A stretch of 12,715 nucleotides of DNA. Source: a virus. Taxonomy: Monodnaviria; Loebvirae; Hofneiviricota; Faserviricetes; Tubulavirales; Inoviridae. Under the pieces are notes generated by a model. It ran no database searches. It saw nothing but the letters and a program-made list of their open reading frames with translations, and was not told the origin of the DNA. The position numbers and the translations under genes are program-made. Location of the stretch: the IMG/VR virus record IMGVR_UViG_2565956711_000001. One strand, 5' to 3'. Of the stretch, positions 7,702 through 12,715 are shown one piece after another (position 1 is the stretch's first letter; each line of letters opens with the position of its first letter).

Positions 7702-7986
7702 AGTGCGCAGATACGCCAGAAATCAGCCTGTAACCATCACCACGGCATTAAACGGTCATCGCTGTTACGTTCTTTCGTCTTCGACCGTCAGCCATCCGTA
7801 TCGCTTCTGAATACGCCGGAATGAAAAACAGGCTTTGCAGTGCCGGGAATTATTATGGCTGACGCCATAATGCTGTTTATGTCCTCGCTTCGCTGCGGGG
7901 CTTCCGGCGCTAAGCGCCTCCCATGCCTGACGGCATAAAAACCGGATATGCCGCCACGTCACCGCATGATACGTCCGTCGCCACCA

Positions 7987-9249
7987 TCACCGCGCGCGCT
8001 CCTCGTGGGAACTCGGTGCGTGCGCGGCGCTGGCGCGCCTGACTTTTTTCGCCTGTAACACGACAAGAATATCCGTCTTGTTCTTCTCGTCAGATGAACT
8101 GGTGAGCCAGCCTTTTGGCAGAAAGCTGAACCCGGTATCGGCGTTTGTGACCTTCGATTCAGCCAGGCCACCCAGCAGAATAATATCCCCGTCAGCCGCT
8201 GATACCTCCGTATTCACCTCGCGCTTAATCAGCGTCGGGCTGTTATTCACGCCCGTATCCGTCTTCGCAAAGCTGGAAAGCTGCTGCTTAATCACAAGGT
8301 CAATATTGTCAGTCCGGATTTGCGGTTTCACGTCGAGGATAACGCCACTAGAGCGATATTCAATCGACTGGATCGGCCTGTTGTCGGCGTAGCTCACCTG
8401 ACCCAGCACCGGAACCTCGTTACCGACTGAAAACGTGGCAGATGCGCCATCCTTCACCCTGAGCCGCGGGGAACTGACGACATGAAAACGACTGTCCGTC
8501 CTGAAAAGCTCATACAGCGCATCAAGAGAGCCTGTATTCACCCGGATAAAGTTATCAAAACCGCCAGACGCGCCAATCTGTATATTCAGCTTGCCGGAAA
8601 GCAGCTTCGCCGCCAGTGCCAGCCCGGAACCGTTACGCTCACTGGTCTGAACCTCAAACACGTAAGCTGCGACAATCACTTCTTCAGAGGCAGTATCAAT
8701 CAGCGGTAAAAGCGTCTGCAACCGCTTAATCTCTGACTTCCGGCCATAATAAACCAGCACATCCCCGGTACGGTTCATAAAGTCCGATGCCGTACCCGCT
8801 ACGGCCGCTTCTGGCGATATCTGCCCGGACGGTAACGAGTTACGCTGACTGTTAAACTGCCCGGTAAACTGTCCGGCCAGAATGTCAGACAGATACGCCA
8901 CGGAACGGAAGCGAGGCCGATAAACAAAGGTCTCCTGCGGCGGCACATACACTTTCGGCGTGAACGGCGCCACGTAGTCAATGCCCTGTTTGTTATAAAT
9001 CGCAATGTTCATATTGCCGAGATAGCGCTTAATAAATGCCCGTTCATCGATATCCGGCGTGATACGGAACGTCACCACCTTATCGGATTTGGCAAGCTCC
9101 GGGTCAAGCATAAACGGCTTATCGAACACCTGAACGTAAATCATGTTCAGCGCCTGCGGCAGCGGAACAGCGTTGAGCTCCAGACTGACGCCCTTCGCCA
9201 TAACCAGCCCCGGAACCAGTAAAAAAAGTAAACCTGTTATCAGCTTCAT
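7987..9249 (-). CDS. Filamentous phage pIV-like outer-membrane secretin (420 aa)
   Basis: N-terminal signal peptide (MKLITGLLFLLVPGLVMA). C-terminal secretin-like segment (VVSSPRLRVKDGASATFSVGNEVPVLG ... GDIILLGGL). Its ATG overlaps the Zot/pI stop in an ATGA arrangement at 9246-9249, and it sits immediately downstream of the pI-like gene as in Ff phages. Confidence 0.8.
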   Translation of the reverse strand: MKLITGLLFLLVPGLVMAKGVSLELNAVPLPQALNMIYVQVFDKPFMLDPELAKSDKVVTFRITPDIDERAFIKRYLGNMNIAIYNKQGIDYVAPFTPKVYVPPQETFVYRPRFRSVAYLSDILAGQFTGQFNSQRNSLPSGQISPEAAVAGTASDFMNRTGDVLVYYGRKSEIKRLQTLLPLIDTASEEVIVAAYVFEVQTSERNGSGLALAAKLLSGKLNIQIGASGGFDNFIRVNTGSLDALYELFRTDSRFHVVSSPRLRVKDGASATFSVGNEVPVLGQVSYADNRPIQSIEYRSSGVILDVKPQIRTDNIDLVIKQQLSSFAKTDTGVNNSPTLIKREVNTEVSAADGDIILLGGLAESKVTNADTGFSFLPKGWLTSSSDEKNKTDILVVLQAKKVRRASAAHAPSSHEERAR

Positions 9250-10280
9250 CGTATCGCCCCTGAATAAACCGTCACCGTTTCGCCGTCGATTTCACCCGTC
9301 ATCATCATGCCGTCAAAGCTGAACTGCGAAGCCGGCTCTATACGCAATCTGCCTGACGTGTCTGCAACAACAACCCATGCCTGACCATCGCGTTTAAGCC
9401 GTCCGGCAAGTCGCCATTTGTCCGACACAACGGGCTTAGCTGGCGCGGCAGGTACAAAAGACGCTGAATTATTTGCGGCGGGTAAATCTTTAGTCTGCTG
9501 TTCAGGCTCTGAATTACCGTTTGACGTGAAAAACCAGAACAGATAAAAAATGGCAATTACCGCCAGAATCAGTAACCCGACAGCTTTAAACCACAACATT
9601 TTAGAACTGAAAATATTCTGACGTTTATCGGTGACAAGTTCCCTTCCCTGCCCGTTCTCATGGGATTTATATAGGGGGAATATCGCCTTGTCATATTTAT
9701 TCTGATAACTGTTCGTCAGATTCGACTTAAACAGTTTGATACCCGTAAATACGTCCACACGGTAGCGGTTATGCAGACCCAGCGCCACATGCTTACTCAT
9801 GCGATACGTTGTTTCCACCCGGTCTTTAATGAATCGCGGAAGGTTGGCAACAGACTGATTCATAACCACTAAATCACAGGTTACGCCCGTTTTTTCATCG
9901 GCAAAATGGCGATGTTCTGCAATGAAAGAGCGATGATTTGCAGGAATCCCTTTATCGTTCTCCCATATGCGCCATGCTTCATCAATACAGATTAAATCCC
10001 CCGGACGGCAGAACGTATCATCCGCAATGCCTGAATCCGTTTTGTAGGGAAAGAAATTATCGTTCTGAACGTCTTCATTCTGAACAAGTAAAATTTCACC
10101 AAGTGATTCCCTGTCTGCCTTTTTAATATCAACGCAGTAATCATAAATACTTTGCGTGGCAAGGCCGTAAATATTACTGACAATGCGACGCCCAGCGATA
10201 CAGGCGGGAATAATGACGCTTGCCACCACTTCGTAAGATTTACCGCTTCCGGGAATGCCCACATACGCAGAAATAGCCAT
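9246..10280 (-). CDS. Zot/pI-family filamentous phage assembly ATPase (344 aa)
   Basis: Walker A motif GIPGSGKS near the N-terminus, Walker B-like LICIDEAW, and a single predicted transmembrane helix (AVGLLILAVIAIFYLFWFF) separating the cytoplasmic and periplasmic parts. This is the architecture of Ff gene I and Zot. Confidence 0.85.
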   Translation of the reverse strand: MAISAYVGIPGSGKSYEVVASVIIPACIAGRRIVSNIYGLATQSIYDYCVDIKKADRESLGEILLVQNEDVQNDNFFPYKTDSGIADDTFCRPGDLICIDEAWRIWENDKGIPANHRSFIAEHRHFADEKTGVTCDLVVMNQSVANLPRFIKDRVETTYRMSKHVALGLHNRYRVDVFTGIKLFKSNLTNSYQNKYDKAIFPLYKSHENGQGRELVTDKRQNIFSSKMLWFKAVGLLILAVIAIFYLFWFFTSNGNSEPEQQTKDLPAANNSASFVPAAPAKPVVSDKWRLAGRLKRDGQAWVVVADTSGRLRIEPASQFSFDGMMMTGEIDGETVTVYSGAIR

Positions 10281-10283
10281 AAA

Positions 10284-10571
10284 TTAACCAATCAAAGGAA
10301 TGCGACGAATAATAAAGCGCGTTAACAATGCTGAAAACATCAGTTTAATCCCTTCCGTGACCATAAACAGATTCACGAAATACCATACGCTATCAGGTAG
10401 TGAGGAAAACAACCCGGCAATATCAACAGATTTTGGCAACAGTGACGCCAGAACCGGAACAAACGCCTGTACGACAAAGTACAGGCCAAAAAACAGAATA
10501 AATTTGACAACCACCGTTCGCAGCACAAAACCCAGCGCCACGTTAAAGGCTGAAACCAGAATACCAAACAT
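10284..10571 (-). CDS. Filamentous phage pVI-like minor coat / membrane protein (95 aa)
   Basis: Small, very hydrophobic protein placed between pIII-like and pI-like genes. Strong Shine-Dalgarno sequence GGAGG about 5 nt upstream of ATG at 10569-10571. Confidence 0.6.
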   Translation of the reverse strand: MFGILVSAFNVALGFVLRTVVVKFILFFGLYFVVQAFVPVLASLLPKSVDIAGLFSSLPDSVWYFVNLFMVTEGIKLMFSALLTRFIIRRIPLIG

Positions 10572-10581
10572 AACGCCTCCG

Positions 10582-12465
10582 TCACGCAGTCAGAATGATA
10601 CGCAGCGAAATAATGCCCCAGATAAGCAGGAATACCGCTTTCAGAAGTGGCCTGATTTTTTCCAGAAGCTCGCAGTGAGAATCAATGGAATATTTATTGT
10701 CCCAGAGTTCGAACGACCATACCGGACACTGAACATCCTTCGATGAAATACTCAGGTTTTTAATGTCCGGCATTAATTCTGTAATTGGCTTGAGAATTTC
10801 CTCACCTGTAGGCGGTTTTTCAAGTTCCGGCGATTTAATGCCGGGGTCTTCGCCTAAATCAACAGAAGTATCGGTATCTGTGCCTGTACCAGGGTGTACA
10901 CCTGTATCCGTTCCCGCACCGGGTCTGGCATTAACCCACGACTGAGGAACGACAACCGGACTATAAAGCAAGCCCTTATCAAGTTTTACGCCAACAGCAT
11001 TAGCCGCAGCCGTCAGTTCAGCCGCCGTAAAAGGTTTATCAAGCGGTATCCCCTGATATCCTTCCTGAACAACAGTCTGACCTGCAAGGCCATTAATAAG
11101 ATTAACCAGCGCAGCCGGGTTTAACTGTTCCTCCGGCTTGAAATCTATATTATCAATAACCTCGCCATTAATTACCTGAGGTAAATTTGATGTATCAAAT
11201 TCTGTATTAAAAAATATCTGGTCTTTAACATCCTGAACATCATTCGTCGTTTTATACACGGCCTTCTCAGGGTGGCAAATACTTTTCCACTGCGTTTTGG
11301 GATTATCAGCCGTACTGCCCGGCGCAGGTACTTTCTCGCTTTTACATAAATCCCATGAGTTTTCAAGCGTAACCGTTGTTGTTCCAACAGATAAAACCAC
11401 AGTTACAATCGATGAATATCCACCAAAATAAGGATTCGGCTTTTCATACTGAAAGTCTTTAACGGAAACCGAATAAACCTTAAAATTTCTTGGCATCCTG
11501 ATATGTAAGTTATTGTCGTCAGACGCCTCATGATAAGTCACATTGGAATGAGAATAACCATTAATCGACTTATAAAGCGCAATCATTACCGGATTATCAC
11601 TGACAAGTACAGCATCGCCCTTTGCATCCCTGATATCAGTCGAATAAGGATATTTAGTACCCTTAACTGACACACGATATACATCATTCGGTAATGGCTG
11701 GCTTATCGGCGGTGGTGCATCAATATTGTAATAGGTTGGCGCAATCTGAACAGGTTTAACCTGATGATTATAAGGGCTTATCGAGTCCTGAATATTCTTC
11801 GCAGAAAAGCCAGTAGCATCAGAGGGCAAATAAACAGCAACAGGGCTTTTAGGTGAAGGTGCAACAGAAGAAGTAACAGTAGCGCCATTGGACAAATTAA
11901 GTAAATAAGTTCCATCATCCTGTTTTATTCCACTTGTAATATATTCAACAGCTTTTGCGCCCTGCTTTAAAGCAAGGTCAGCAACGGAAATAACACCCGC
12001 AGCCTGCCCCAGCAATCCCCATGTTGTCTGTCCGGCAGCCATCATATTACTGCCAAAACTTGAAATACCCGTGGATATCGAATCGTCAATTGTATGCTTC
12101 GCAAGGCCATAAGCAGCCGCGAAAACTGACGTTCCGGTGCAAAGCTGAGGATTACCCACTTTCTCGCCACACATGCGGATTGAATCAAAAACGTCAGGAC
12201 GTTCGCGTATAACCTCCGCAGCGACAGCGATACCCGCGCCCATACCGAGAGAACTGGCACCCGTTGCGAATACACGCCCCGCAGATTGAGAAACAACCTG
12301 AGCTTCACGGGTTTCAACCATTTGCTGAATTACACGTCCAAATCCGTCTGCTGTTACTGCATCAGCATGTACACCGGATGAAACCAGTAAAGACAATATA
12401 GTAATACCTAACTTTCCAGACCCTGAATGACCGCCCAGGCGCATAAAAGCCCCCATAAAAAACAC
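10582..12465 (-). CDS. Filamentous phage pIII-like adsorption / minor coat protein (627 aa by ORF track; true start probably the ATG at 12442-12444)
   Basis: Signal peptide (MRLGGHSGSGKLGITILSLLVSSGVHA), a G/T/D/P-rich linker (PGAGTDTGVHPGTGTDTDTSVDLGEDPG) and a C-terminal hydrophobic anchor (LLKAVFLLIWGIISLRIILTA). Sits between pVIII and pVI. The ORF track start at 12465 is GTG; the ATG at 12442-12444 is preceded by a GGGGG purine run. Confidence 0.65.
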   Translation of the reverse strand: MFFMGAFMRLGGHSGSGKLGITILSLLVSSGVHADAVTADGFGRVIQQMVETREAQVVSQSAGRVFATGASSLGMGAGIAVAAEVIRERPDVFDSIRMCGEKVGNPQLCTGTSVFAAAYGLAKHTIDDSISTGISSFGSNMMAAGQTTWGLLGQAAGVISVADLALKQGAKAVEYITSGIKQDDGTYLLNLSNGATVTSSVAPSPKSPVAVYLPSDATGFSAKNIQDSISPYNHQVKPVQIAPTYYNIDAPPPISQPLPNDVYRVSVKGTKYPYSTDIRDAKGDAVLVSDNPVMIALYKSINGYSHSNVTYHEASDDNNLHIRMPRNFKVYSVSVKDFQYEKPNPYFGGYSSIVTVVLSVGTTTVTLENSWDLCKSEKVPAPGSTADNPKTQWKSICHPEKAVYKTTNDVQDVKDQIFFNTEFDTSNLPQVINGEVIDNIDFKPEEQLNPAALVNLINGLAGQTVVQEGYQGIPLDKPFTAAELTAAANAVGVKLDKGLLYSPVVVPQSWVNARPGAGTDTGVHPGTGTDTDTSVDLGEDPGIKSPELEKPPTGEEILKPITELMPDIKNLSISSKDVQCPVWSFELWDNKYSIDSHCELLEKIRPLLKAVFLLIWGIISLRIILTA

Positions 12466-12498
12466 ATAAAATCAAAAAGATATTGAGCCATAAATATA

Positions 12499-12518
12499 AA
12501 GGGGCTGTTACGCCCCTT
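12499..12518 (-). terminator. Rho-independent terminator hairpin downstream of the major coat gene
   Basis: Perfect 7-bp GC-rich stem (AAGGGGC / GCCCCTT) with a 6-nt loop, 12 nt after the pVIII stop, followed on the minus strand by a T-rich run (TTTATATTTAT). Ff phages have a terminator at this position after gene VIII. Confidence 0.5.
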
Positions 12519-12529
12519 ACCTTTATGAA

Positions 12530-12715
12530 TTAAGCGCCACGAACCATACGCAAAATCCAGCGGACACCCGCAGAACCTGCATACAGAACAATAAGAGAAC
12601 CCGCTACCGCCATAATTCCGGTCAGAACGGAACCGAAATTAACGCTGTTAGTCAGTGGCGTAAGGTCAATACCTTTACCACCAACAACATCACCTTCAGC
12701 AGCAAATACGGCAGG
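12530..12715 (-). CDS. Filamentous phage major coat protein pVIII (partial; N-terminus off-window)
   Basis: Hand translation of the minus strand gives ...PAVFA/AEGDVVGGKGIDLTPLTNSVNFGSVLTGIMAVAGSLIVLYAGSAGVRWILRMVRGA*. It has a signal-peptide cleavage context (FA-AEGD, like the Ff mature N-terminus), a hydrophobic core and a basic C-terminus. TAA at 12530-12532. Not in the ORF track because the start lies outside the window. Confidence 0.7.
   Translation of the reverse strand, partial: PAVFAAEGDVVGGKGIDLTPLTNSVNFGSVLTGIMAVAGSLIVLYAGSAGVRWILRMVRGA

Larger units (their letters stand above)
7702..12715 (-). mobile_element. Filamentous (Inovirus-type) prophage, assembly and structural half, apparently integrated at dif (IMEX-like); continues beyond the right window edge
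   Basis: Gene order pVIII, terminator, pIII, pVI, pI/Zot, pIV on one strand with coupled or overlapping junctions, matching Ff-type organisation. Ends about 285 bp from the dif site. Confidence 0.8.

Noticed and set aside
8021-8050. GC-rich segment followed by TTTTTT on the plus strand, a possible plus-strand terminator
   Set aside because: No clean stem could be drawn, and it lies inside the 3' end of the minus-strand secretin ORF with no plus-strand gene to terminate.
7765-8171. Two GC-rich small ORFs (7765..7962 and 7959..8171, minus strand) around the end of the secretin gene
   Set aside because: The translations are Arg/Cys-rich and low-complexity. One overlaps the secretin C-terminus out of frame and the other sits in the hairpin-rich intergenic region, which is better explained as non-coding phage DNA.
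8078-10291. Embedded ORFs within the secretin and Zot/pI genes (8078..8392, 8482..8709 and 9938..10126 on plus; 8799..9005, 9338..9556 and 9992..10291 on minus)
   Set aside because: They lie in alternative frames or antisense to genes with clear family signatures, and have no independent support.
10300-12317. ORFs overlapping the pVI and pIII genes (10300..10746, 10763..10945, 10894..11124 and 12021..12212 on plus; 10373..10585, 11172..11387 and 12042..12317 on minus)
   Set aside because: All are embedded in or antisense to the pIII-like and pVI-like genes and have low-complexity translations.
1-12715. Search for tRNA/rRNA genes or a CRISPR array as the island's integration target or cargo
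   Set aside because: No regularly spaced direct repeats, no tRNA-like cloverleaf signature and no rRNA-like conserved segments were recognised by eye. Integration context is better explained by dif.

Overview
The window looks like a chromosome-terminus accessory region from an enterobacterium, with two mobile modules abutting a dif site. A perfect 28-bp match to the E. coli dif sequence (as recalled) sits at 7674..7701 on the minus strand. To its right (7987..12715, minus strand) is the assembly and structural half of a filamentous (Inovirus-type) prophage: major coat pVIII (5'-truncated by the window edge), a terminator hairpin, pIII-like adsorption protein, pVI, Zot/pI P-loop assembly ATPase and pIV secretin, in canonical Ff order; the replication genes would lie beyond 12715. 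To its left (1800..7530, minus strand) is a tightly coupled four-gene operon encoding three consecutive tyrosine recombinases (464, 521 and 788 aa) plus a 145-aa coiled-coil protein. I read this as a GInt-like ('genomic island with three integrases', ginABCD) or Tn554/RIT-like module, and it is the most interesting system here. Further left are an XRE-family HTH regulator, a divergent AT-rich pair of unknown genes with repeated CTTAG/CTAAG palindromes in the shared promoter, and a HipB-like antitoxin whose toxin partner would be off-window. No rRNA, tRNA or CRISPR array was recognised. All calls rest on reading the ORF translations and motifs; no database search was run.
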